Origin: Hyalangium minutum
GTDB lineage: Bacteria; Myxococcota; Myxococcia; Myxococcales; Myxococcaceae
Direction of reading: 5' to 3'
Assembly (NCBI RefSeq): GCF_000737315.1
Contig: NZ_JMCB01000002.1
Location: forward strand, 372,001 to 436,000
Length of the DNA stretch: 64,000 nucleotides
This document shows, piece after piece, positions 38,510-48,379 of this stretch (positions are counted from its first letter, which is position 1; the number at the start of each line of letters is the position of its first letter). The translations under genes were made by a program, and so were the position numbers. The notes under the pieces are model-generated. The model had not been told where the DNA came from and made no database searches. It saw nothing but the letters and a program-made list of their open reading frames with translations.

Positions 38510-39244
38510 ATGCGCTTCTATTGGTTACAGGACGTCGCGAGCCGCCGGTACTCCGCCACGCACACCGATGGGCACAAGTGGTGCCTGCCCGGCGCATCCT
38601 GTCCGGTGTGCCAGCGTTCCGGGGGCACCTCCGCGAGCGCCTTTCCCTCGGTGGATCTGTCTCACTTGCCGCCTCGGGAGCAGAAGAAGTATTCGGCGCG
38701 GCTGGAGGAGGACTTCGCGGAGTTCGAGCGGCTGCGCGAGCAGGTGCGCCCTTGGGTTCCCACAGGCGTCCCGCTCTGGCCAGGGACGGATTTCGGCCCC
38801 ATGACGGCTTCCATTCAGGGAGAAGTGGGCCCGTTGTTGTTGGATCACCCGTGGATCCTGCTCATGAGACGGGAGTCGCTGGAGCACTTGCAGAAGGAGG
38901 GCTTGCAAGGGCTGAAGGGGTGCCGCACGGAGCTGCGCTTCCGCACGAAGAACCCACCCGAACTGCTGGAAATGGAGTTGCTGCCTCGGGGCAGATTCCA
39001 TGCGGAGTGCCTGCCAGAACGGTCTCCTCCGTGCCCCAAGTGCGAGCGAGTGAGCCTCCAGCATCCCAAAGAGCCCGTGCTTGATGCGGCCACGCTCCCG
39101 AAGGACGTGGATGTGTTCCGGCTCGAAGACTCCGCAGGAATGATTTTGGGCACGGAGCGCTTCGTGGACGCGGTTCGCCACCTGGGGTACTCGGACGATC
39201 TCCTCTTCCGCGAGCTTCCCGTGCGCGCCGCATCGCCATATTGA
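38510..39244 (+). CDS. sitI6: Double-CXXCG motif immunity protein (SitI6-type)
   Basis: LPGASCPVC near the N-terminus and CPKCER near the C-terminus, LWPGTDFGP, DVFRL; immediately downstream of the toxin. Confidence 0.82.
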   Translation: MRFYWLQDVASRRYSATHTDGHKWCLPGASCPVCQRSGGTSASAFPSVDLSHLPPREQKKYSARLEEDFAEFERLREQVRPWVPTGVPLWPGTDFGPMTASIQGEVGPLLLDHPWILLMRRESLEHLQKEGLQGLKGCRTELRFRTKNPPELLEMELLPRGRFHAECLPERSPPCPKCERVSLQHPKEPVLDAATLPKDVDVFRLEDSAGMILGTERFVDAVRHLGYSDDLLFRELPVRAASPY

Positions 39245-39302
39245 GGCAGGCGGCTCTCCGAGCCAGTCACACCCAGCCCGTCCTCCTTATATAGAGAGGA
39301 GG

Positions 39303-40748
39303 ATGCCTGCCCCGCCTGGAATCACCCGCAAGCTGCTCTTCGCCTTCGGGGCGCTCGTGGCGCTGTTCGCCGCCGCGTCCCTGTTCGCGCTCGGGCGCAT
39401 CAACGAGATTCACGAGGGGACGCACGCCCTCCAGGCCGCCAGCGGCCGCGTCCGTGCCGCGCTGGAGCTCGCCACCGCCGTGCGAGACCAGTACGCCCAC
39501 CTGGCCCACACCATCATCCTCGGCAACGACAGCCATGCCCGCTTCCACGCCGACGCCCGGGCACGCGTGGAGGCGCTCACCCGTAAGCTCTGGGAGCAGG
39601 CCCAGGATGCCGAGGAGCGCGCCTGGGTCGGTGACATCCAGGAGTCCGGCGATGCGCTGGACCGGCTCTACCGCGACACGCTGCTGCCCGCCGTGGTCTC
39701 CAAGGATCAAGCTGCGGTGACAGCCGCCCACGGCCACGCGCTGGAGCTTGTCGCCACCATCCAGGCCCGCGCGGATGCGCTCGCCCGGCGCTTCGATGCC
39801 TCCATTGGCTCGTTCGAGGAGCACGTGGGGGCCGTGGAACATGCGAGCTTCCTGTGGGCCGTGGTGTTCCTTGGAGGCGCCACCCTGTTCGCCGCGGGCG
39901 TGGGGCTCTACATCGGCAACTCGGTGGCGCGGCCGGTGGCGCGGCTCACGGAGGGCGCCTCCCGTCTGGCTCAGGGAGACTTGAACACCCGCATCCCCGA
40001 GGGTGCTCCGGATGAGTTCGGCCGGCTCGCAGCCCAGTTCAACCGGATGACTGAGGCGCTGCGCGCGCACCAGGAGCAGCTCGTCCAGCACGAGAAGCTC
40101 GCGGGCATCGGCCGGCTCGCGGCGGGCGTGGCGCATGAGATCAACAACCCGCTCGGCGTCATCCTCGGCTATGTCCGCCTGCTCCAGCGCAAGGCCGAGG
40201 GCTCGCTCGCGGAGGATCTCAAGGTGTTGGAGGAGGAGGCCGTCCGCTGTCAGCAGATCGTCGAGGGGCTCTTGGATCTCTCCCGCCCTGGCCGGGTCGC
40301 CGTGGAGCCACTGGCCCTGCGTGAGGTCTGCACTGAAGTCGTGGCCCGCCTCCAGGAGTCGCCGAAGCTCAAGGGCGTGGAGGTGCGTGTGGAGGGAGAT
40401 GCCCCCGCCTGGGCCCATCCGCAGCGGGTGCGGCAGGTGCTCTTCAACCTCGTGGTGAACGCGGCCGAGGCGGCGAGCTCGGGCGGCCGGGTGGAGGTGC
40501 GCATCGAGCCCCAAGCCGGAGGAGGCGCGAGCGTGGCGGTGTCGGACTCGGGGCCTGGGGTGAAGCCGGAAGAGCGTCCTCGCCTCTTCGAGCCCTTCTT
40601 CACGACGAAGTCCTCGGGCACGGGGCTGGGGCTCGCGGTGAGCCAAGCCATCGCCCACGCGCACGGCGGACGCATCGAGGCGGATGCAGGCCCACTGGGC
40701 GGAGCGCGCTTCACGCTGCACCTGCCGCCGCCTCGGGAGGGCGCATGA
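39303..40748 (+). CDS. HAMP sensor histidine kinase with His-rich periplasmic domain
   Basis: Two TMs, HAMP, AHEINNPL, NLVVNA, DSGPG, FTTK, GTGLGL; 10 His in the sensor domain. Confidence 0.95.
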   Translation: MPAPPGITRKLLFAFGALVALFAAASLFALGRINEIHEGTHALQAASGRVRAALELATAVRDQYAHLAHTIILGNDSHARFHADARARVEALTRKLWEQAQDAEERAWVGDIQESGDALDRLYRDTLLPAVVSKDQAAVTAAHGHALELVATIQARADALARRFDASIGSFEEHVGAVEHASFLWAVVFLGGATLFAAGVGLYIGNSVARPVARLTEGASRLAQGDLNTRIPEGAPDEFGRLAAQFNRMTEALRAHQEQLVQHEKLAGIGRLAAGVAHEINNPLGVILGYVRLLQRKAEGSLAEDLKVLEEEAVRCQQIVEGLLDLSRPGRVAVEPLALREVCTEVVARLQESPKLKGVEVRVEGDAPAWAHPQRVRQVLFNLVVNAAEAASSGGRVEVRIEPQAGGGASVAVSDSGPGVKPEERPRLFEPFFTTKSSGTGLGLAVSQAIAHAHGGRIEADAGPLGGARFTLHLPPPREGA

Positions 40749-42145
40749 GCGCACCGGACAAGCCGAGCGTCCTGGTGGTGGACGACAAGGAGAACATGCT
40801 CAAGCTGTTCTCGCGCATCCTCGGGGACGCCTACGCGGTGACGACGGCGGCGGACGGGGAGCGGGCGCTGGGGCTGCTGGCCTCGCGCGAGTTCGACGTG
40901 GTCGTCACCGACATCCAGATGCCCGGAGCGGACGGCTTCGCGGTGCTGCGCGAGGTGAAGCGGCGCTGGCCGGCCACGGAGGTGGTGCTCGTCACGGCCT
41001 ACGCCAGCATCCCCAAGGCGGTGGAGGCCATGCGCGAGGGTGCCTATGACTATCTGGCCAAGCCGTTCGACCCTGACGAGGTGGCGCTCGTGGTGGCCCG
41101 GGCGCTGGAGCAGCGGCGGCAGCGGCGCGAGGCCGAGGGGCTCAAGCAGCAGCTCGCGGCGGCCCCGGACTTCCACGGGCTGCTCGGCACCAGCGCGGCG
41201 ATGCGGCAGACCTGCGCCCTCCTGACCCAGGGCGCCGCGAGGGACTTCACGGTGCTGCTCACGGGGGAGACTGGCACGGGCAAGGAGCTGGCCGCGCGCG
41301 CGGTGCACGCCGAGAGCCCTCGGAAGGGCCGCCCCTTCGTGGCGGTGAACTGCGGCGCGCTGCCGGCGGAGCTGGTGGAGAGCGAGCTGTTCGGCCACGC
41401 GAAGGGCGCCTTCACGGGAGCCACGGTGGCCAAGGCCGGGCTCTTCGAGGAGGCCCACGGCGGCACGCTCTTCCTGGACGAAGCCGGAGACCTGCCGCTG
41501 GCGATGCAGGTGAAGCTCAACCGCGCGCTGCAGGAGAAGGAGGTGCGGCGCGTGGGCACCACCCAGCCCATCAACGTGGACGTGCGGGTGGTCGCCGCCA
41601 CGCACCGGGATCTCCAGGCCGAAGTATCCGCGGGCCGCTTCCGCGAGGACCTCTACTACCGTCTCAATGTCTTCACCGTGCGGATGCCCGCCCTGCGAGA
41701 GCGGCGCGAGGACATTCCGCTGCTCGCCATGCACTTCCTGGCCAAGGCAGGCCGCCCTCTCGAAGGCTTCACCCCCGAGGCGCTCCGCACCCTGACGGCG
41801 TACGCGTGGCCGGGCAATGTGCGGCAGCTCGAGAACGCCGTGGCGCGGGCGGTGGCGGTGGCACCGGGGCCTCGCATCCGCCCCGAGGATCTGCCGCCCG
41901 AGCTGAGCCCGTCCTCCAGCGGTGGAGGCCCGCTGCCCGCCGAGAGCCTGGCCAAGATGCCCTACCGCGAGGCCGTGGACAGCGCCCGGGATGCCGTGTC
42001 GCGCGAGTACCTGGTGGCGCTGATGCAGGAATTCGGCGGAAACGTGACCCACGCCGCCGAGCGCGCCGGCATGGAGCGCGAGAGCCTCCACCGGCTCCTC
42101 AAGCGCTACGGCGTGCGCTCCGACGACTTCAAACGCTCGGAATGA
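40745..42145 (+). CDS. NtrC-family sigma54-dependent response regulator
   Basis: REC (VVDD, DIQMP), GETGTGKE, GAFTGA, REDLYYRL, WPGNVRQL, Fis HTH. Confidence 0.96.
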   Translation: MSAPDKPSVLVVDDKENMLKLFSRILGDAYAVTTAADGERALGLLASREFDVVVTDIQMPGADGFAVLREVKRRWPATEVVLVTAYASIPKAVEAMREGAYDYLAKPFDPDEVALVVARALEQRRQRREAEGLKQQLAAAPDFHGLLGTSAAMRQTCALLTQGAARDFTVLLTGETGTGKELAARAVHAESPRKGRPFVAVNCGALPAELVESELFGHAKGAFTGATVAKAGLFEEAHGGTLFLDEAGDLPLAMQVKLNRALQEKEVRRVGTTQPINVDVRVVAATHRDLQAEVSAGRFREDLYYRLNVFTVRMPALRERREDIPLLAMHFLAKAGRPLEGFTPEALRTLTAYAWPGNVRQLENAVARAVAVAPGPRIRPEDLPPELSPSSSGGGPLPAESLAKMPYREAVDSARDAVSREYLVALMQEFGGNVTHAAERAGMERESLHRLLKRYGVRSDDFKRSE

Positions 42146-42274
42146 CTGGGTAACGCACTGCACTGCAAAAGCCGCAGAACATGTTGCGGGAAATGTAGGT
42201 GTAGGTAGCAACTCTGGTTCTCAGCGCTCGATAAATGGGCAGGGTCTCTTTTTCCAAGAAATGAGCTTCTGCCC

Positions 42275-42958
42275 ATGACCGCCGTCAGCGCCGCCCAGCG
42301 TACCGCCCAGACCTCCTTCGCCGCCGTCGCCGCCAGCGATCCCACGCTGCGCCAGGGCGCCAAGGGTGCGTCCGTGACGCAGCTGCAGAACCTGCTGCGC
42401 AACAAGGGCTACAACATCGCGGCGGATGGGGACTTCGGCCCGAAGACGACTGCGGCGGTGAAGAGCTTCCAGTCCTCGCGCGGGCTGACTGCGGATGGAA
42501 TCGTGGGCCCGAAGACGTGGGCGGCGCTGCGCGGCGGCGTCGTGTCCAACCCGGGCACGCCCGCGGGCGGCAAGCAGGTGACGGCGTACACCAACGGCCG
42601 GCCCTCCACCATCACCGTGGTCCCCGTGGGCAACGGCCAGTACATGCGCGCGGACGCCGCCCGGAACTTCAAGGCCATGCAGGCCGCGGCCGCCAAGGCC
42701 GGCGTCAACCTGTCGGCCACCAGCGGCTTCCGCACCATGGAGCAGCAGCGGGTGCTCTACCAGAAGTACCTCAACGGCACGGGCAACCTCGCCGCCAAGC
42801 CGGGCTACTCCAACCACCAGAACGGCATCTCCATGGACGTGGGTGGCATTGGCAGCTACAGCAGCAAGGCCTTCAACTGGATGAAGAACAACGCCGCCAA
42901 GTACGGCTTCCAGAACGACGTGCGCGGCGAGTACTGGCACTGGACGTTCAAGGGCTAA
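42275..42958 (+). CDS. Peptidoglycan-binding domain + M15 (VanY-like) peptidase
   Basis: DGDFGPKT/ADGIVGPKTW; SGFRT, PGYSNHQNG.SMD, EYWHW. Confidence 0.9.
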   Translation: MTAVSAAQRTAQTSFAAVAASDPTLRQGAKGASVTQLQNLLRNKGYNIAADGDFGPKTTAAVKSFQSSRGLTADGIVGPKTWAALRGGVVSNPGTPAGGKQVTAYTNGRPSTITVVPVGNGQYMRADAARNFKAMQAAAAKAGVNLSATSGFRTMEQQRVLYQKYLNGTGNLAAKPGYSNHQNGISMDVGGIGSYSSKAFNWMKNNAAKYGFQNDVRGEYWHWTFKG

Positions 42959-43111
42959 TTTCAGCCTGTGTGAAATCCGCCTTCCCCGCACTGAGCACTG
43001 GCGATCCGAGGCCGGTGCGGATAGTCACGGCCCCGCAACGGGAGGGGCTCGTGCATGTCACGGCCTTCCGTTGGTTCCCGCGCCCACGCAGGTGGGCGCC
43101 CAGGAGGCCGG

Positions 43112-43738
43112 ATGCTCCAGAAGCTGATGCCCAAGTCGGACGAGTTCTTCGACGACTTCGACGCCCAGTGTGCCGTCACGGTGGAGGGCGCGAAGATGCT
43201 CCACGCCCTGCTGAGCGACTACAAGGACGTCGCTGCCCGCGTGCAGGCGCTCAAGGACGTCGAGCACAAGGGCGATGAAGTCACCCACCGCGCGTTCAAC
43301 CGGCTGCACCAGCAGTTCATTACCCCGTTCGACCGGACGCAGATCCACACGCTGCTGGGCCGCATCGACGACGTGCTGGATTTGACGAACGCGGCGGCGG
43401 CGCGGCTGCACTACTACGAAATACAGTCCAGCCTGCCGGACGCCGTGGAGCTGGCGCGGCTGCTGGTGCTGAGCGCGGAGAAGGTCCGCGAGGTGGTCGC
43501 GGCGCTGCGGCTCATCAAGCAGCCGCAGCAGATCCTGGATGGGTGCAAGGCCATCAAGAAGCTGGAGACGCAGGCGGACGAGGTGCTGCGCGCGGGCATG
43601 GGCCGGCTGTTCAAGAGCGGCGCGGATCCGCTCACCATCATCAAGTGGAAGGAGATCTACGATCTCATCGAGACGGCCACGGACAAGTGCTTGAGCGTGG
43701 CCAACGTCATCGAGGGCGTGGTCCTGGAGCACTCCTGA
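43112..43738 (+). CDS. DUF47 phosphate transport regulator
   Basis: EHKGD, FITPFDR, IDDVLD, ETQAD, ETATD; AGGAGG SD. Confidence 0.93.
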   Translation: MLQKLMPKSDEFFDDFDAQCAVTVEGAKMLHALLSDYKDVAARVQALKDVEHKGDEVTHRAFNRLHQQFITPFDRTQIHTLLGRIDDVLDLTNAAAARLHYYEIQSSLPDAVELARLLVLSAEKVREVVAALRLIKQPQQILDGCKAIKKLETQADEVLRAGMGRLFKSGADPLTIIKWKEIYDLIETATDKCLSVANVIEGVVLEHS

Positions 43739-43739
43739 C

Positions 43740-44768
43740 ATGCTGCTCACGGCTGTCGTCGTCATTGTCGCGGTCGCGCTCATCTTCGACTTCATCAACG
43801 GCTTCCACGACGCGGCGAACTCCATCGCCACGGTGGTGTCCACGCGCGTGCTGTCGCCGAACCTGGCCGTGGCCTGGGCAGCCTTCTTCAACTTCATCGC
43901 GGCGTTCAGCGGCGGAGTGAAGGTGGCCAACACCATGGGCAAGGGCATCATCAACTTCGACATGCTCAAGGCCCAGGGCTCCACAGCCGTGCTGATGGTC
44001 ATCTTCTCGGCCCTGGTGGGCGCCATCGCCTGGAACCTGCTGACGTGGTGGTGGGGGCTGCCGTCCTCCTCCTCTCACGCGCTGGCGGGAGGGATGATTG
44101 GCGCCACGCTGCCGGTGCTGGGCTTCGCCGGGCTGATGGGGACGGGCATCGCGACCATTGCCGCCTTCATCGTGCTGTCGCCGCTCATCGGCATGACGAT
44201 GGCCATCTTGCTGATGCTGGCCAGCACCTGGAGCGTCCGCAAGCAGACCCCGCTCAAGGTGGACACGTGGTTCCGGCGGCTGCAGTTGGTGTCCTCGGGC
44301 ATCTTCTCGTTCAGCCATGGCACCAACGACGCGCAGAAGGTGATGGGCATCATCGCCGTGGTGCTCTTCGGCACCATCTGGAAGGACCGGGAGTTCCACA
44401 TCGACTGGTGGATGATCCTCTCGTGCCACGCGGCCATCGCCCTGGGGACCTTCTTCGGCGGCTGGCGCATCGTCCGGACGATGGGCCACAGCCTGACGAA
44501 GCTGGCGCCCATTGGCGGGTTCGCGGCGGAGACGGGCGGCGGTGTCACCATCATCGCGCTGGCGAAGCTGTGGGGCATTCCGGTCTCCACCACGCACACC
44601 ATCACCGGCGCCATCGTGGGCGTGGGCTCCACCAAGGGCTGGCGCGCGGTGAAGTGGGGCGTGGCAGGCCGGATCATCTGGGCCTGGGTCTTCACCATTC
44701 CGGCTTCGGCGACCATGGCCATCCTCGTCTACGGGCTCACCTGGGCCGTGGTGCGGATGGTGGGGTAG
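43740..44768 (+). CDS. pit: PiT family inorganic phosphate transporter
   Basis: NGFHDAANSIAT, SSSHAL, HGTNDAQK, PVSTTH. Confidence 0.96.
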   Translation: MLLTAVVVIVAVALIFDFINGFHDAANSIATVVSTRVLSPNLAVAWAAFFNFIAAFSGGVKVANTMGKGIINFDMLKAQGSTAVLMVIFSALVGAIAWNLLTWWWGLPSSSSHALAGGMIGATLPVLGFAGLMGTGIATIAAFIVLSPLIGMTMAILLMLASTWSVRKQTPLKVDTWFRRLQLVSSGIFSFSHGTNDAQKVMGIIAVVLFGTIWKDREFHIDWWMILSCHAAIALGTFFGGWRIVRTMGHSLTKLAPIGGFAAETGGGVTIIALAKLWGIPVSTTHTITGAIVGVGSTKGWRAVKWGVAGRIIWAWVFTIPASATMAILVYGLTWAVVRMVG

Positions 44769-44825
44769 TTCCGGGCGGGGTGGGTGGGCGCCAGCCGGAC
44801 TCCCGGACTAGGCTCCCTCCCAGTC

Positions 44826-47800
44826 ATGGACGAGTCCGCGAAGTCCGCCCCGCCCTCGGAGGACGGGGAGGACTCCCCCCAGCCGCAATCGCGGGATGAG
44901 GTGGTGCCCTCTGCCGGGGATGCGTTCGCTCCCACGCTCCACCCGAGCCAGCGGACGGGCTCGATAGGGGGCGTGGCGCCCATGCAGGGCGGGTGGGACT
45001 TGCCCCTGGTGGAGCGCAAGCGCTACCTGCTGGATGGCATCGTCGCCGAGGGCGGCCACGGACGCATCCTGCGCGCGAAGGATCTCCACCTCGAGCGGCT
45101 CGTGGCGCTCAAGGAGCCGATTGCGCCGGGCTCGTCCACCGAGGACACCTTTCTGCGTGAGGCCCGCATCACCGCGCGGCTCCAGCACCCCTCTATCGTG
45201 CCGGTGTACGAGGCGGGGCGGTGGCCCGGCGGCCCGCCCTTCTATGCGATGAAGCTGGTGTCGGGGCGCTCGCTGGCGCACGTCGTGGAGGCCATGCGGA
45301 CGTTGGAGGAGCGCCTGGCCGCGCTGCCGCATGTGCTCGCGGTGGCCGAGGCCATGGCCTACGCGCACAGCCAGCGGGTCATCCACCGAGACCTCAAGCC
45401 CTCCAACATCCTCGTGGGCGAGTTCGGTGAGACGGTCGTCGTCGACTGGGGGCTGGCCGAGGAACTGGAACGGCCAGAGCGCCACGCTCCCGGTACCGTC
45501 CTGGGGACTCCGGCCTATATGCCTCCCGAGCAGGCCGCAGGGCAGCCCGTGGACGAGCGCGCGGACGTCTATGCGCTGGGGACGATCCTCTATCACCTGC
45601 TCTCGGGCCGGATGCCCTACACGGGCGTCACCTCCCGGGAGATCCTCAAGCAGGTGGTTCGCGAGGAGCCCGCGCCACTGGCCCAGCTTCAGCCTCGGCT
45701 CCCCAAGGAGCTGTCGGGCCTGGTCTCCCGGGCGATGGCGCGCGAGCCCTCGCAGCGCTACCCCACGGCCCGTGAGCTGGCCGAGGACTTGCGCCGCTTC
45801 CTGCGAGGCCAGCTGGTGGCCTCGCACCGCTATACGCCGTGGGAGCGCATGATGCGCTTCGCTCGGAGGCACCGCGCGGCTCTGACGGTGGCGGCGGCGG
45901 CGGTGGTGGCGTTGATGGCGGGGGTGGTACTCGACCACCAGAGAATCCTCCGGGAGCGGGACCGCGCCGAGCAGAAGCAGGCGATCGCGGAGAAGGCGGA
46001 GCGCGAGGCCACGCAGCGCGCCGATGCGCTCACGTTGATCGACGCGCGCTCGCTGGTGGCGCAGTCACCCGAGCACGTCTTCTCACAACTGGCTTCGCTC
46101 TCGGCGTCCTTCACGGCGTGGGGCCAGGCGCGCACGCTGGCCGCGAATGCGCTGGCGCAGGGGATTCCCCTCACGCTCCGAGGCCATGCCGCCGGCCTCA
46201 ACCAGGCCATCTTCTCACCCGATGGACTCCAGGTGGTCACCGCGAGCGACGACCGCACGGTTCGCCTCTGGGACGTGAAGGCGGGCACGTCACGGGTGTT
46301 GGAGACGTTCGGGGACGAGGCGTGGCGTACCCTCTTCTCGCCCGACGGGCGGAGCGTGGCCTCCAGCGGCAAGGACGGGCAGGTGCGGCTGACGGAGCTG
46401 GCCACGGGCACCTCGCGCCTGCTGAAGGGACCGACCCGGCCCGTCATGTCGCTGTTCTTCTCGCCGGACGGGCGCCGCCTCTTTACGGCTGACTACGGCG
46501 GAGAGCTCTGGGTCTGGGAGACGGCCTCGGGCGAGGGCCGCCGGGTGGGGACGCATGGCGACGAGGCGGTCGATGCAGGCCTCCTGTCCGATGGGCGGCA
46601 CCTGTTGTCGGCGGGGGCGAGGGACCTCTCCGTGCGGTTGTGGGATGTGGAGAGCGGCACGGGCCAGCTCCTCGTCCGCCGTGAGCGGCCCATCCACTCC
46701 CTGGCCACTGCGCCTCAGGGCGGCGCCTTTGCTGTCGGCGTGGATGAGGGCCAGGTGCTCCTGTGGGAGGGCATGGGCCAGCCCATGCGGGTGCTGGAGG
46801 GGAAGTCCGGGCCCATCCACTCGCTGAAGTTCTCGCCCGATGGCCGCTGGCTGGCGGCGCACGCCGCCTCGGGGCCCGTTCTGGTGTGGGAGCTGCCGGG
46901 CGGGGCTCCCAGGACGTTCGCGAGTGCTCCCGGGTGGCTGGCCTCGCTCGCGTTTTCCGAGGATGGTCGGTGGCTGGGAGCAACGGGGCGGGATGGCAAG
47001 GCCCGGGTGTGGGAGGTGGCCACCGGCAAGCCGCGCGTGCTGCACGGTGCCGTGGCGCCGATTACCTCCGTGGCCTTCTCTCGGGATGGGGCGTCGGTGA
47101 TCACCACCAGCCAGGATGGCGCGGGCCGCATCTACGACGTGGTGGATCACTCCACCCGTATCTTGGCAGTGCACACGGGGAAGCCTTCGGCGGATGCCTT
47201 CTCGCTGATGTCGCGCCACCTGCCGTTGGCCGAGCGCCAGAGCGCACTGATGAGCAAGGTGCTCGCCCTGGCTCCTACGAAGGATGGACGCCACGGGGTG
47301 TCCGTGGGAGGGCTGGACGGCCGGCTGCGCGTGTCCCGTCTGGACGGCACCTCCACGCAGGAGGTGCAGGTGGGGCCGGGCGAGCTGACCGCGGCCGATG
47401 TGTCGCCGGAGGGCTCTCGGCTGGTGACTGCGGGGCGGGACGGCACGGTGACGCTCTGGAATGAGCAGAGCCAGCGGCTCCAGCAGTTCACGGGTGCCAC
47501 GGGGCCGCTCAAGGCGGTGGCGCTCTCGGCGGACGGAAGTTGGGTGGCTGCGGGAGAGGCCTCAGGAGGCATCTGGCTGTGGGAGGCGGCCTCGGGCCAA
47601 GGGCGGGTGCTGGGGCGGCACGAAGGTGTGGTGCGCGCGCTGGCCTTCTCTCCCGGAGGTCATCAGCTGGCCTCGGGTGGAGCGGATGGGACGCTGCGCC
47701 TCTGGAGCCTGCCGAACGGTGAGGGACGTGTGCTGTACCGCCACCAGTCGGAGGTCTCGGTGGTGGTCTTCTCACCGGAGGGCCAGCGGCTGGCTTCCGG

Positions 47801-48269
47801 GAGCGACGACCACACGGCGTGGCTGCATCGGTTGGAGGGGAACACCGGGCAGCGGCTGGACCTGGGAGGCGCGGGAGTCTCCGCGCTGGACTTCTCTCCG
47901 GATGGGACGCAGCTGCTGGTGGCCAACGCGGGGAGCTCCAGCATCCAGCGGTGGGATGTCCAGACAGGCAAGCAGCGAAGCCCGCTGCTGGGGCACACGC
48001 ACATCGTGATCAGCTGGGCCTTCTCGCCAGAGGGTGAGCGGCTGGCCTCCGCGAGTGTCGATGGCACGGTGCGCCTTTGGGACCTCCAGACGGGCGAGAG
48101 CCGGCCGTTGCAGGGACACGAGGGACCGGTCATCCGCGTGGCCTTCTCCCGGGATGGGCGCCAGGTTCTGTCCGCTGGGCACGACGGCACGGTGCGGGTG
48201 TGGCGGGATGATCTGCCGCTGGAGCCTGATGAGCTGCGGGAATGGCTGAGGCAGGTGGCGTCCCGCTGA
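44826..48269 (+). CDS. Ser/Thr kinase with TM and C-terminal WD40 beta-propellers
   Basis: VALKE, HPSIVPVY, HRDLKPSN, DWG, GTPAYMPPEQ; more than 12 FSPDG...WD repeats. Confidence 0.93.
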   Translation: MDESAKSAPPSEDGEDSPQPQSRDEVVPSAGDAFAPTLHPSQRTGSIGGVAPMQGGWDLPLVERKRYLLDGIVAEGGHGRILRAKDLHLERLVALKEPIAPGSSTEDTFLREARITARLQHPSIVPVYEAGRWPGGPPFYAMKLVSGRSLAHVVEAMRTLEERLAALPHVLAVAEAMAYAHSQRVIHRDLKPSNILVGEFGETVVVDWGLAEELERPERHAPGTVLGTPAYMPPEQAAGQPVDERADVYALGTILYHLLSGRMPYTGVTSREILKQVVREEPAPLAQLQPRLPKELSGLVSRAMAREPSQRYPTARELAEDLRRFLRGQLVASHRYTPWERMMRFARRHRAALTVAAAAVVALMAGVVLDHQRILRERDRAEQKQAIAEKAEREATQRADALTLIDARSLVAQSPEHVFSQLASLSASFTAWGQARTLAANALAQGIPLTLRGHAAGLNQAIFSPDGLQVVTASDDRTVRLWDVKAGTSRVLETFGDEAWRTLFSPDGRSVASSGKDGQVRLTELATGTSRLLKGPTRPVMSLFFSPDGRRLFTADYGGELWVWETASGEGRRVGTHGDEAVDAGLLSDGRHLLSAGARDLSVRLWDVESGTGQLLVRRERPIHSLATAPQGGAFAVGVDEGQVLLWEGMGQPMRVLEGKSGPIHSLKFSPDGRWLAAHAASGPVLVWELPGGAPRTFASAPGWLASLAFSEDGRWLGATGRDGKARVWEVATGKPRVLHGAVAPITSVAFSRDGASVITTSQDGAGRIYDVVDHSTRILAVHTGKPSADAFSLMSRHLPLAERQSALMSKVLALAPTKDGRHGVSVGGLDGRLRVSRLDGTSTQEVQVGPGELTAADVSPEGSRLVTAGRDGTVTLWNEQSQRLQQFTGATGPLKAVALSADGSWVAAGEASGGIWLWEAASGQGRVLGRHEGVVRALAFSPGGHQLASGGADGTLRLWSLPNGEGRVLYRHQSEVSVVVFSPEGQRLASGSDDHTAWLHRLEGNTGQRLDLGGAGVSALDFSPDGTQLLVANAGSSSIQRWDVQTGKQRSPLLGHTHIVISWAFSPEGERLASASVDGTVRLWDLQTGESRPLQGHEGPVIRVAFSRDGRQVLSAGHDGTVRVWRDDLPLEPDELREWLRQVASR

Positions 48270-48279
48270 CTCGTCATGA

Positions 48280-48336
48280 ACTGTTCGGAAAGGTCGGGAC
48301 TTTTCGCGCTCAAAACCCCCGACCTTTCCGAACAGT
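48280..48336. repeat. Long inverted repeat (REP-like/terminator) after the kinase gene
   Basis: ACTGTTCGGAAAGGTCGGG (48280-48298) is the exact reverse complement of 48318-48336; extra TTTT/AAAA pairing inside. Confidence 0.8.
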
Positions 48337-48379
48337 GAGCCTTGAGGCCGGCCGGGGTAGCCGATCTCGCGACATCACA

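Noticed and set aside
38845-39270. Antisense ORF over sitI6 with apparent GGAGGA SD
   Set aside because: No recognisable protein features; the SD-like sequence is explained by the hairpin arm upstream of the kinase.
40250-42211. 653-aa minus-strand ORF
   Set aside because: Antisense shadow of the kinase/regulator pair.
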